A DNA stretch of 64,000 bases from Candidatus Taylorbacteria bacterium RIFCSPHIGHO2_01_FULL_46_22b. GTDB lineage: Bacteria; Patescibacteriota; Minisyncoccia; Phycocordibacterales; DSPV01. Under the pieces are notes generated by a model. It saw only the letters and a list, made by a program, of their open reading frames with translations. It did not search any database and was not told the origin of the DNA. The stretch spans positions 9,992-73,991 of the forward strand of contig MHRF01000013.1 of NCBI GenBank assembly GCA_001820875.1, written 5' to 3'. Shown in pieces: positions 1-8,746 of this stretch. The translations under genes and the position numbers were made by a program. Within the stretch, counting starts at the first letter, position 1. Every line of letters starts with the position of its first letter.

Positions 1-73
1 CCATCGCTTTAGAATGTTTGGAGATAATTTATCACAATAGTGTAAAGGAGACAGCCACACTAATCTAAAATAA

Positions 74-250
74 ATGCGTTGTAACGTTGCAGAGCGAATA
101 TCGTTAGCAGAAATCTGGCACGCATACCAGCTCGCTTTACATTTCCTCCACCCCGACCACCTCTCCTCCGCCAGTGTCATCACCGACTCGTCAGGCAACC
201 TCACTCGCTCCCTCGACTACTACCCCTTCGGGGCACCACGTGGGGGATAA
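74..250 (+). pseudogene. RHS repeat-associated core fragment (N-terminal part), interrupted by the RAYT element
   Basis: Manual translation: ...LHFLHPDHLSSASVITDSSGNLTRSLDYYPFGAPRGG*, matching the RHS core H-x-D-H-L-G-S...Y-x-P-F-G motif. The stop lies inside the left inverted repeat. Not in the ORF track (<60 aa). Confidence 0.8.
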
Positions 251-989
251 TGGTGTCAGGTACCATTTAATGCTACTATGTCGGGATGGGACGAGCTATC
301 CGTGTCGATGTTGGAAATCAACTGTACCATGTGCTTAATCGAGCAAACGGGCGTCAGACTATTTTCCATTCTTCCAAAGACTACCAGCATTTTGAGAGTC
401 TTCTCGCAAAAGCAGTTAAAGATACAAGCATGCGCCTTCTTGCATATGCGGTTATGCCTAACCATTGGCACCTTATTCTCTATCCACACCAAGACGGAGA
501 TCTCAAACGATTCATGCAATGGCTTACATTGACACATACTCAACAGTATCACGTACGAAACAAAACGATTGGCTACGGTCACCTCTATCAAGGTCGTTAC
601 AAATCATTTCTGATTGAGAGAGACAACTATCTTCTTGCGGCGATCAAATATGTCGAGCGCAACCCCGTACGAGCAAAACTAGCAAAGAAAGTTGAATCTT
701 GGCAGTGGGGAAGCGGGTACCGACGGCTTGAGGGAAAAGCTACAGAACGATTAATCTTAACGGATTCGCCTGTGGACTTGCCTCGAGTCTACCGTACATG
801 GGTAAATAAATCTGATACAGATGATGATCTCACAGATGCACGGATCGCCGTGAATAAAGGGAAGCCTTTTGGTACTATTGAATGGACAAAACGTATGGTT
901 GAGCGTTTTGGTTTAGAACTTACCACGCGTCAGCGAGGGAGACCTAAGAAAACAACTACATGAAAAAGGTACCTGACACCATTATCCCC
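243..989 (+). mobile_element. RAYT-carrying element bounded by perfect 22-bp inverted repeats
   Basis: GGGGATAATGGTGTCAGGTACC (243-264) and its exact reverse complement GGTACCTGACACCATTATCCCC (968-989) flank the transposase ORF. Confidence 0.8.
286..963 (+). CDS. REP-associated tyrosine transposase (RAYT; Y1 HUH, IS200/IS605 superfamily)
   Basis: YHVLNRAN start, MPNHWHL (HUH), GHLYQGRYKS, catalytic Y in YVERNPVRA, C-terminal RGRPKK. Confidence 0.93.
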   Translation: MGRAIRVDVGNQLYHVLNRANGRQTIFHSSKDYQHFESLLAKAVKDTSMRLLAYAVMPNHWHLILYPHQDGDLKRFMQWLTLTHTQQYHVRNKTIGYGHLYQGRYKSFLIERDNYLLAAIKYVERNPVRAKLAKKVESWQWGSGYRRLEGKATERLILTDSPVDLPRVYRTWVNKSDTDDDLTDARIAVNKGKPFGTIEWTKRMVERFGLELTTRQRGRPKKTTT

Positions 990-994
990 AGGAA

Positions 995-1783
995 ATGTAC
1001 GATCCGATCAGCCAGCTTTCGTATCTGAACGCACGTTTTCTCGATCCGGTGCGGGGGCAGTTCTTGAGTCAGGATGCGGTGTTTCTATCCATAGGATCAA
1101 AACAATTGCCTCAAATATCAGACAAACCCCTCACTTACTACCTTTCTGATCCGCAGCAATTGAATAGTTATAGTTACGGAAGAGACAATCCAATAATATA
1201 TTCTGACCCGAATGGTCTGGATATATATTGGAGAAGTGACGGCACGCTAGCGAGAAATACCCGGAGTGGTTTTAACCAGTATTTTGAATCACAGGATGTG
1301 TCGATGTTAAACAGAAATGCGTCTTTAATGGAAAATAATCGTTGGAATCTGAGTTTGTTCAATAATCAGGTTACTGATAATGGTTCTTGGGATTACAAGA
1401 CACAAGGAAGAGAATATTATTTCTTTGACGGGAAATTAGTCAAAGCAGATGAGTTTGGAAACCTGAATTTTGGGTATACAGGTACAGCAGGGGGCATCGG
1501 TTCGTCTGTACTTGTAGATGCTGGGGGTTATGTCGAGGTTAGGAATCAGACAGCGATGTTTGAAAATATTGGTAATAATTTTGAGAAACCAGAGGATGTT
1601 AGGTCGATTAATCAAGGTGTTCAGACTTACTATAAGAATAATGGTAATAATTCGTCAGCTAATATTAGCCAAGCGAGCAACGTGGTCTATCAGTTGGGTT
1701 TACAGGCTATCGCTAGGGCATTGACCGCCATCTCATATATTTTGGGTGAAATTAGTCAGTCAATTAGCAATAAAATAAATTGA
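995..1783 (+). CDS. RHS core C-terminal part plus polymorphic toxin tip (Ntox44-like putative RNase)
   Basis: YLNARFLDPVRGQFLSQD, LNSYSYGRDNPIIYSDPNG (PxxxxDPxG cleavage motif), then WDYK...DEFGNLNFGYTG resembling Ntox44. Confidence 0.8.
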   Translation: MYDPISQLSYLNARFLDPVRGQFLSQDAVFLSIGSKQLPQISDKPLTYYLSDPQQLNSYSYGRDNPIIYSDPNGLDIYWRSDGTLARNTRSGFNQYFESQDVSMLNRNASLMENNRWNLSLFNNQVTDNGSWDYKTQGREYYFFDGKLVKADEFGNLNFGYTGTAGGIGSSVLVDAGGYVEVRNQTAMFENIGNNFEKPEDVRSINQGVQTYYKNNGNNSSANISQASNVVYQLGLQAIARALTAISYILGEISQSISNKIN

Positions 1784-1784
1784 T

Positions 1785-2246
1785 ATGGAAAAAGGACTTA
1801 TGTTTAAGGGTGTTCTCAAGAAGACCTTAACCGTCATCGGAGTCATTATTATAATTATGCTTGTTGGTTTTTCGATTTGGACTGGCTGGTTTTTCCATCT
1901 TTTGGGAAGTGGTTGTACAAATGGAGTTCTTGATTCCAGTAATTCTCCGGATCAGCAGTATAAAGTTGTAATTTTTGGTCGGAATTGTGGTGCAACAACC
2001 GATTTCTCTACACATGTCTCCGTGTTGACTGTAAATGAGAACACAGATAAGTTATCAACAGGGAATATTCTGATAATTGATTCTAATAATGGACAAGACT
2101 CTTCAAAAAATAGAGAAGGTGGTCCTGTAGTCATAAGTCAATGGGAAGGTCCGAAAACGCTAATCATCACTTTTAACTCTAAAGCACGAAGTTATCAGAA
2201 GGTCCAAAGATATAAGGATATCGAAATACGATATTTAACTAATTAA
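1785..2246 (+). CDS. Membrane-anchored putative immunity protein (DUF5412-like)
   Basis: Starts 1 nt after the toxin stop; N-terminal TM; SPDQQYKVVIFGRNCGATTDFS motif. Confidence 0.55.
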   Translation: MEKGLMFKGVLKKTLTVIGVIIIIMLVGFSIWTGWFFHLLGSGCTNGVLDSSNSPDQQYKVVIFGRNCGATTDFSTHVSVLTVNENTDKLSTGNILIIDSNNGQDSSKNREGGPVVISQWEGPKTLIITFNSKARSYQKVQRYKDIEIRYLTN

Positions 2247-2283
2247 ACTCCTATCCGTTATTACTTTGTGCTAATATGGATTC

Positions 2284-3414
2284 ATGAAAAAGCTATCATT
2301 TTGGGGAGGGCTCATCGGAGCACTTATTATCGCAGGGACTGCCTACGGAGCAGCAAAGGCTCTGACACACCCCACCGATTTATTGTTGGTGAACATTGCT
2401 ACAGGCGTCTCTAATTTATTGTGGATTGGCTTCGGTGTATTCTTGATAGCTATTTATCTAAAAAGTAAGAAACTTGAAGATGCAGGTCATATTCCAGTAA
2501 TGTCCCAACCTAATACTCCAGAAGATATCGAATTGCTGCGGAAAAGGAGGAATTGGGTATTCGGTTTTGTCATTCTATTCGAAATACTCGGATCGGTACC
2601 CACTTGGATCCTTAATAATTATGCTGGAGGTCTAACACTCGTTAACACTGGGGTTATTTTTGATGTTTTGTCCAACATGGCTTTCCTGTATATCGCCATC
2701 GAGTTATTTAGAGACAAAAAGAACGTTCTCAATCTTTTATTTCTTACCATGATTTTTTATACTCTGGGCGGAGGGGTCATTGGAATGTTGCGGCAACATT
2801 GGGTTGGGGTAATTATCGGTGTCCTTTTTGCGATTTATTTTGTGTACGGAATCAAGGCCCCTCTCAATCGTAGAAATCATCGGATTGCTCATCTGATTAT
2901 TTTACCAGCATTTGTAATCATTGCCTCCACATACCCATTTTTCGATAACGGAAATATTCCGGAGTTGGCAAAAAAAGATGCACTATTTGCACAAGAATAC
3001 ACAACTATAAATAATCGCCTTGCAGGTTCATACTCTCTTTATTTGGAACGTGAGGTTCCAAGTGAGAGCGACATTCAGGATGTGCAGAATGCAGTAACTA
3101 GGAAGGATGCAAAACTCCAAGAAATAATCTCAAATATGAACGCACTTCAAGCAGAATATAATAAGCAACTTCCCAGCATTCCGCAGCAGAAGACTTTAGA
3201 ATACCTCCGTCTCACGCTAGCGGTTATTGATCTTGATAGAGAACAAGGAGATATAATTAAGGAGTTGATGAATTATTCAACTAACTTAGATTTTACAAGA
3301 TTTTCCAGTGAACAGAAAGAGAATATAAGTGTACTTAAGGATAAAATAAATGACTATAACACCCAAATTACAGCAGCTCAGTTTAGGCGCAATAATTCAA
3401 ATTTAAGTATTTAA
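2284..3414 (+). CDS. Multi-pass membrane protein with C-terminal helical domain, unknown function
   Basis: 376-aa ORF, about 7 hydrophobic segments then a coiled/helical tail; TAATAT 6 nt before ATG. Confidence 0.75.
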   Translation: MKKLSFWGGLIGALIIAGTAYGAAKALTHPTDLLLVNIATGVSNLLWIGFGVFLIAIYLKSKKLEDAGHIPVMSQPNTPEDIELLRKRRNWVFGFVILFEILGSVPTWILNNYAGGLTLVNTGVIFDVLSNMAFLYIAIELFRDKKNVLNLLFLTMIFYTLGGGVIGMLRQHWVGVIIGVLFAIYFVYGIKAPLNRRNHRIAHLIILPAFVIIASTYPFFDNGNIPELAKKDALFAQEYTTINNRLAGSYSLYLEREVPSESDIQDVQNAVTRKDAKLQEIISNMNALQAEYNKQLPSIPQQKTLEYLRLTLAVIDLDREQGDIIKELMNYSTNLDFTRFSSEQKENISVLKDKINDYNTQITAAQFRRNNSNLSI

Positions 3415-3425
3415 TACTAAGATTT

Positions 3426-3444
3426 ATGGTGTCAGGTACCTTTT
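3426..3444 (+). repeat. Third copy of the RAYT terminal repeat
   Basis: ATGGTGTCAGGTACCTTTT is the exact reverse complement of 964-982. Confidence 0.9.
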
Positions 3445-3484
3445 CTTAAAAACCCCAATCTAATTTCCGATATATAATGTATCA

Positions 3485-3952
3485 ATGTTCCGCTTTCTAG
3501 CCACCACTTTTCTCATTGCAAGTCTTGTTTTTGCGCCACTTTTTACTGTCGCACAAGAAGTTTCAACTACTACAGACAATCTCATCCCCGTCCTTTTCTT
3601 TTTGCACCACACTGATGACACCGCTTTAGGCATTCTCGCCGTAATGCCGTTCAATGAACAAGAGGGGGTTGTAGTGTATCAGCCGTTAGCCACCTCCACC
3701 AACTCCCACACACTCCTCGGAGGCCCCACCTCCTCATCAGGCAATGGCTCAAACACCAACTATGACGGCTTCATCATTGGACAAGTAGACCAGACGTCTG
3801 GCTCCTCCTTCACCCCCACCTCCAACTGGTACATGGATGGCCTCATTGACGATGTAAGGGTCTACAATGCCGTCATCTCCACGAGTACCATGAACACCCA
3901 CAATACTGAACTCGAGGGTAACGAGTCAGACCTTGTTCTTGAATATAGTTAA
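3485..3952 (+). pseudogene. Secreted protein remnant with LamG-like C-terminal fragment
   Basis: Signal peptide, then GLIDDVRVYN (LamG/concanavalin-like motif). Too short for a full domain; C-rich like the RHS fragment at 121-240. Confidence 0.55.
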
Positions 3953-3968
3953 GTCACTTAGATAAAAG

Positions 3969-4146
3969 TTGCCACAGGACTTATCTCTTTGCAGTCTTCT
4001 GTTTGTTGTTTTTGAATGCAAAGAGGGGAAGGAGGTCGGGGAAACGGGAGTTTCCCTGTTGAGGAGAGCAGCAAGCGAGTCTGCGAGTGAGCGTTGAGAA
4101 CCGAGAGGTTACTCAAGATAAGTTCTATTTGCCACAGGACTTATCT
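3969..4146. repeat. Structured intergenic element bounded by an 18-bp direct repeat
   Basis: TTGCCACAGGACTTATCT at 3969-3986 and 4129-4146; internal hairpins CTCTTTGCA/TGCAAAGAG and GGGAAAC/GTTTCCC. Confidence 0.75.
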
Positions 4147-4162
4147 TTTGTGATAATAGGAG
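4129..4162 (+). promoter_or_regulatory. sigma70-type promoter and RBS of ctpA
   Basis: TTGCCA-17 bp-GATAAT followed by AGGAG and ATG at 4168. Confidence 0.55.
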
Positions 4163-4167
4163 TTCTC

Positions 4168-5448
4168 ATGCAACCTCAATCACGCGGAAGAATTGTTTTA
4201 GTTGTTATTGTCCTCCTTGTACTCGGAGGTGTTTTCTATGCTGGTTTTACTGCTGGCATGCGGAATGTGCCGGACATATCTTTAGTTACTGAATTGACGA
4301 ATAAAGAAGGGGACAAGCCTTCCGAAGTTGATTTTTCGGCTTTTTGGAGAGCGTGGAGAGTGCTTAACGATAAATATATTCCTACTAAGGTTGCTACGAC
4401 AACCGTTGCCGTTACAGATCAGGATAAAGTGTGGGGAGCTATCAGCGGCCTGACTGCCTCGCTCAAAGATCCGTACACAATTTTCTTTCCTCCCGAAGAG
4501 GCTAAGATTTTTGAGAGTGAAATTTCTGGAACGTTTGAAGGAGTGGGGATGGAAATTGGGATTAAAGACAAAATTCTCACTGTAGTTGCTCCGCTGAAAG
4601 ATACGCCTGCAGAACGTGCAGGGATTCGTTCAGGTGATCGCATTCTCAAGATTGATGGTATTCCTACTGATGGTATGGGTACTGATATTGCTGTGCGTAA
4701 AATAAGAGGGAAACAAGGCACTACAGTGCGTCTCACGGTCTCAAGAGAAGGCCGGCCAGAGGCGTTCGATCTTTCTGTTACCCGAGGAGTTATCAATGTC
4801 CCAGTGATTGATACACAGGTTAAGCTTTCCGATGGCACCATTTCTCCAGATAAAACTGTGGGTCTGCGTTCAGATGGTGTATTTATCATTCGCTTATATA
4901 GCTTTACGGCGCAGTCACCGGATTTGTTTAGAGGTGCGCTTCGCGAATTTATTCAATCCGGTTCAACCAAATTATTACTTGATTTGCGGGGAAATCCGGG
5001 TGGCTATCTTGAAGCGGCAGTCGACATGGCAAGCTGGTTCCTTCCGGCAGGCGATGTTGTGGTACAGGAAGAATATGCAAAGGACGATGTGCGCATCTAT
5101 CGAAGTCATGGGTATGACGTGTTCAATGAGAATTTGAGAATGGTTATATTGATTGACGGCGGATCTGCTTCGGCGTCTGAAATTCTTGCAGGAGCGTTGC
5201 GTGAATATAAGATTGCAGAGCTTGTTGGTGCAAAAACATTTGGCAAAGGATCAGTGCAAGAGCTAGTTCCGCTTACAGCCGATACATCCTTGAAAGTGAC
5301 CGTTGCGCGCTGGCTCACACCTTCTGGAAAGAGTATCTCGGAGGAAGGCTTGATTCCGGATTACGAAGTGGAGATTACACAGGAAGATTTGACCAAACAG
5401 CGTGATCCGCAGATGGATAAAGCAATATCTGTTCTGCTTGGCAAATAA
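4168..5448 (+). CDS. ctpA: C-terminal processing protease, S41 family with PDZ domain
   Basis: DPYT, GVGMEI, PDZ, LDLRGNPGG, SASASEILAGAL, TFGKGSVQ. Start moved to ATG 4168 (RBS present). Confidence 0.93.
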   Translation: MQPQSRGRIVLVVIVLLVLGGVFYAGFTAGMRNVPDISLVTELTNKEGDKPSEVDFSAFWRAWRVLNDKYIPTKVATTTVAVTDQDKVWGAISGLTASLKDPYTIFFPPEEAKIFESEISGTFEGVGMEIGIKDKILTVVAPLKDTPAERAGIRSGDRILKIDGIPTDGMGTDIAVRKIRGKQGTTVRLTVSREGRPEAFDLSVTRGVINVPVIDTQVKLSDGTISPDKTVGLRSDGVFIIRLYSFTAQSPDLFRGALREFIQSGSTKLLLDLRGNPGGYLEAAVDMASWFLPAGDVVVQEEYAKDDVRIYRSHGYDVFNENLRMVILIDGGSASASEILAGALREYKIAELVGAKTFGKGSVQELVPLTADTSLKVTVARWLTPSGKSISEEGLIPDYEVEITQEDLTKQRDPQMDKAISVLLGK

Positions 5449-5506
5449 GCAATTTTTGTGTAATATCGGTATTCAACACACATTAACGATTTAATCCAAG
5501 TAACGC

Positions 5507-5953
5507 ATGAAAGTTATATTCCTACAAGATGTACGAGGTAGCGGAAAGAAATTTGAGGTTAAAGACGTCTCAGATGGCTATGCTATAAACATGCTTATTC
5601 CTCGGAGTTTGGCGCAGCCGGCGACCGCTTCGGCGCTTACCAAGCTTGAAGTTGAGCGATCGCGAATGGCTGCGGAGAAGAATATCCAAGCCGATCTTCT
5701 GCACAAGAATCTCTCTGAACTTGAAGGGAAGCAAATTCATTTTAAAGTTAAGGCAAGCGAGCAAGGACATCTATTTGCTTCTATCCATAAAGAAGACATC
5801 GTAGCTCGTTTGAAAGAGGAACTACGTATTGACGCTAACCCCGATTTTATTGAATTAGCGCATCCTCTGAAGTCTCTTGGCGAGCATGAGATTGTCGTTT
5901 CTGTCAAAGATCAAAAGGCAAAATTTAAAGTTATAGTGGAAGTTCAGAAATAA
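5507..5953 (+). CDS. rplI: 50S ribosomal protein L9
   Basis: MKVIFLQDV..GKKFEVKDVSDGYAINMLIP; LFASI; KSLGEH. Confidence 0.96.
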   Translation: MKVIFLQDVRGSGKKFEVKDVSDGYAINMLIPRSLAQPATASALTKLEVERSRMAAEKNIQADLLHKNLSELEGKQIHFKVKASEQGHLFASIHKEDIVARLKEELRIDANPDFIELAHPLKSLGEHEIVVSVKDQKAKFKVIVEVQK

Positions 5954-5971
5954 AGAGTGTTTGTTCAAAAC

Positions 5972-6005
5972 AAAAATCGCCCTGTCATCCGACAGGGCGA
6001 TTTTT
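5972..6005. terminator. Bidirectional intrinsic terminator between rplI and rpmA
   Basis: AAAAATCGCCCTGTC-ATCC-GACAGGGCGATTTTT between convergent genes. Confidence 0.85.
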
Positions 6006-6015
6006 GTTTGAATGG

Positions 6016-6288
6016 TTAGTTTACGTGGACGACTTTCTTCTGCTTGGTTTCATTGTTGAACCCCTTCTTTCTTTTATCAGAAAAAGAAACAATACCGTTT
6101 TTAAGGGCAAACAAGGTATGATCTTTGCCGATTCCCACATTCTTGCCAGCCATAATCTTTGTGCCGCGTTGACGGACAATGATTGCTCCGACATTGGCTT
6201 TCTGTCCAGCAGAGAGCTTAATGCCGAGGAATTTCGGGTTTGAATCACGTAGGTTTTTAGCTGTTCCGCCTGCTTTAGTATGTGCCAT
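6016..6288 (-). CDS. rpmA: 50S ribosomal protein L27
   Basis: [16 protein letters not shown]...[11 protein letters not shown]...DHTLFAL. Confidence 0.97.
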   Translation of the reverse strand: MAHTKAGGTAKNLRDSNPKFLGIKLSAGQKANVGAIIVRQRGTKIMAGKNVGIGKDHTLFALKNGIVSFSDKRKKGFNNETKQKKVVHVN

Positions 6289-6356
6289 TGAAGTAGGGAA
6301 TAGGGTTTAGCGTATAGGGTAAAAGATTGAAAATACGTTACAATTGAGTAACGAAG

Positions 6357-6779
6357 ATGAGTATACCTGACATACAGCATTTGATCAAGTGGCCCCCTTC
6401 AGGTAAAGCGAAGGATGTTTTTATACTAATCGTCATTGTATTAGTGGCGCTTTGCTCGTTTGCACTTGGCCGACTTTCTGCTATCGAATCTGTGCGTCCT
6501 CCAGTGAAAATTTTGGGTTCAGCGAGCATAATTCAAGGTCTCCAGACTCCAGAGACAGACAGCAAAGTAACCTCTTCTACAGCAATACCTGCTCCTGCTC
6601 CTCTATCAGGGCAGGGGAATGGATCAGTGGTCGCCTCAAAATCAGGCACAAAATATCACTTTCCGTGGTGTGCCGGTGCTAAAAGCATAAAAGAGGAAAA
6701 TAAAATTTGGTTTGCTTCAATTGAAGCCGCTCGATCGGCGGGATACACGCCCGCGGCAAACTGTAAGGGATTGGAATGA
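6357..6779 (+). CDS. Membrane-anchored protein with C-terminal Ada-like metal-binding domain
   Basis: N-terminal TM; VASKSGTKYHFPWC...FASIEAARSAGYTPAANC. Confidence 0.75.
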   Translation: MSIPDIQHLIKWPPSGKAKDVFILIVIVLVALCSFALGRLSAIESVRPPVKILGSASIIQGLQTPETDSKVTSSTAIPAPAPLSGQGNGSVVASKSGTKYHFPWCAGAKSIKEENKIWFASIEAARSAGYTPAANCKGLE

Positions 6780-7028
6780 TATTTAAAAAAAGGCCTTGCT
6801 CGGGAAGCGAGCAAGGCTGTACTGAAAAAGGGTGGCCACACACGGCTTCCCTGCAAGTGTTTTTCTCTTTCGACTGCGGGGAACCTCCTACCTCCTTGCT
6901 TCCTCAACGCTTTGACCCTAACGAACAACTTGCTTTCAGTACACCCCTTATTTTAATCGAAATAAAAAAATCAAACAAGAAAAGGTTGTTAGAATTGACT
7001 TCGGTTTGTGTGTGATAAACTTAGCGTC

Positions 7029-7619
7029 ATGATTGTGGTTGATATGGAATCAAGCGGACTCGATCCACATAAAGATGGACTGCTCTCAATTGGCGCAGTT
7101 GATTTTAGCAATCCCAAGAACACTTTCTATGCCGAGTGTCGACTCTGGGATGGGGGACACGCTGATCAAGGAGCTCTCAATATCAATGGATTCACTATGG
7201 AAAATGTTCACGATTCCACCAAACAGACCGAAGCCGAGCTCGTAGCAGCATTCATCCGTTGGTCTGATTCATGCAAAGAAAAAACCATTGCGGGGCAGAA
7301 TCCTGCGACTGATCGGGAATTTATACGTATTGCGGCGCACAGAGCTCATCTCAACTGGATGTTTGCATACCGCACTATTGATTTGCATTCAGTTGCGTAT
7401 ACACACATGATTATGAATGGGAAAGAGCCTCCGCGCATGCATGACCACTCTGCACTTAACCTCGACGCTATTTCGGTTTATTGTGGAATGTTTTCGGAAC
7501 CCAAACCGCACAATGGTCTCACTGGGGCAAAACTTGAAGCCGAGTGCTTCTCCCGTCTCTGGTACAACAAACCCTTTTTTGATGAATATAAAGAATATCT
7601 CATCCCGTGGAAGAAATAA
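7029..7619 (+). CDS. DEDD-family 3'-5' exonuclease (DnaQ-like)
   Basis: ExoI VVDMESSGLD, ExoII GQNPATD, ExoIII-like HNGLTGA. Confidence 0.85.
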   Translation: MIVVDMESSGLDPHKDGLLSIGAVDFSNPKNTFYAECRLWDGGHADQGALNINGFTMENVHDSTKQTEAELVAAFIRWSDSCKEKTIAGQNPATDREFIRIAAHRAHLNWMFAYRTIDLHSVAYTHMIMNGKEPPRMHDHSALNLDAISVYCGMFSEPKPHNGLTGAKLEAECFSRLWYNKPFFDEYKEYLIPWKK

Positions 7620-7786
7620 GAGGATAGCATGGAAAGATATTTAAAAAATAAGAACTCGAGAATATGCAAAATCATATTTTACCAGCGATAGCTGGTAAAA
7701 TGTGGACCTTAATTAATAAAACTAAAAAGTAAAAAAAGAAGAGGGCGTTTGCGCAAGCAAACGCCCGTCTCTGAAATGTGCTCGCC

Positions 7787-8344
7787 CTACTCGAGGAGCG
7801 TGATGAGCCCGTCGTCGGGATCGACGTTGACCAACACGTACCCTTTTTTGGTCAGCTCGGGGTCGTGAATGAACCCTTTGAGTGAATCGTTGGTGGTGAT
7901 TCCTTTGGTGTGGGCAACGATCCCACCGATGACCGGTCGATGACTGGTGACCAGAACATTTGTCTGTTTGAGGTGTGCCGTGCTGATTTTTCGCATTGCG
8001 CGGACACCACTCTGTTGCCAATAGACGTAATCCTGTTGCTCACATCCAGGGTAGTAGATCACTTCACCACTGGCCTTGTCGAGATTCGCCTTTTGTCCCA
8101 ATTCCTCCATGGAGTGGAAGTCAAGATCATAGAAGTTGGCGAATACCGATGCCGCGTCCGACGCCCGTGCCATGCGAGAGCAATACAAGACATGATACGG
8201 TCCGAATCTCCTGATGACAGGCAGGAGGTGTAGGAGGTTTTCCATACCATCCATTGTCATAGGAGGGTTTGCCCCCAATACTTTTGGGTACCGTGTTACA
8301 TCTTCCACTTTTGCGTCATGGAAGACCATACAGATTTTTGCCAT
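7787..8344 (-). CDS. Histidine phosphatase (PGM-like) superfamily protein, divergent
   Basis: FHD in place of RHG, LYCSRMARA, VLVTSH; start taken at MAKIC. Confidence 0.65.
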   Translation of the reverse strand: MAKICMVFHDAKVEDVTRYPKVLGANPPMTMDGMENLLHLLPVIRRFGPYHVLYCSRMARASDAASVFANFYDLDFHSMEELGQKANLDKASGEVIYYPGCEQQDYVYWQQSGVRAMRKISTAHLKQTNVLVTSHRPVIGGIVAHTKGITTNDSLKGFIHDPELTKKGYVLVNVDPDDGLITLLE

Positions 8345-8544
8345 CGTGCTTGTCTTTCTCTTTCGAGGTTGTTCAGTTGCAGGTGTTTCTCGGCACACCA
8401 ATTTAAGCCGTTTGTGTTTTCAAAACTGAATATATTATAGCACATTCCTTTCTATTTTGCAATACCTTGTCAGGTGCCTCGTTTTTGAACAGATATATGG
8501 AAAAGAAGCTTGTTTTAGGCTATAGTAGATAAGCGTTTATTAAA

Positions 8545-8577
8545 CGGGGTGTAGTATAACGGTAGTATTTGCCCATG
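8545..8577 (+). repeat. Exact copy of the 5' 33 nt of tRNA-Pro
   Basis: CGGGGTGTAGTATAACGGTAGTATTTGCCCATG identical to 8652-8684. Confidence 0.92.
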
Positions 8578-8651
8578 CTGGGCTGAAAAGTAAAAGTCTT
8601 TACTTTTCAGGGGAATTTGAAAATTTGTGGCTGCATAATTTTCCCCAGTGT

Positions 8652-8722
8652 CGGGGTGTAGTATAACGGTAGTATTTGCCCATGGGGTGGGTAAGGCCGG
8701 AGTTCAACTCTCCGCACCCCGA
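8652..8722 (+). tRNA. tRNA-Pro(GGG)
   Basis: Acceptor CGGGGTG/CACCCCG, anticodon stem TGCCC/GGGTA with loop ATGGGGT, T-arm CGGAG-TTCAACT-CTCCG; CCA not encoded. Confidence 0.9.
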
Positions 8723-8746
8723 CTCTGGGCAATAAATTCCCGTAAG

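Noticed and set aside
1-68. Possible 3' end of an upstream CDS (IALECLEIIYHNSVKETATLI*)
   Set aside because: Too short and truncated by the window edge to support.
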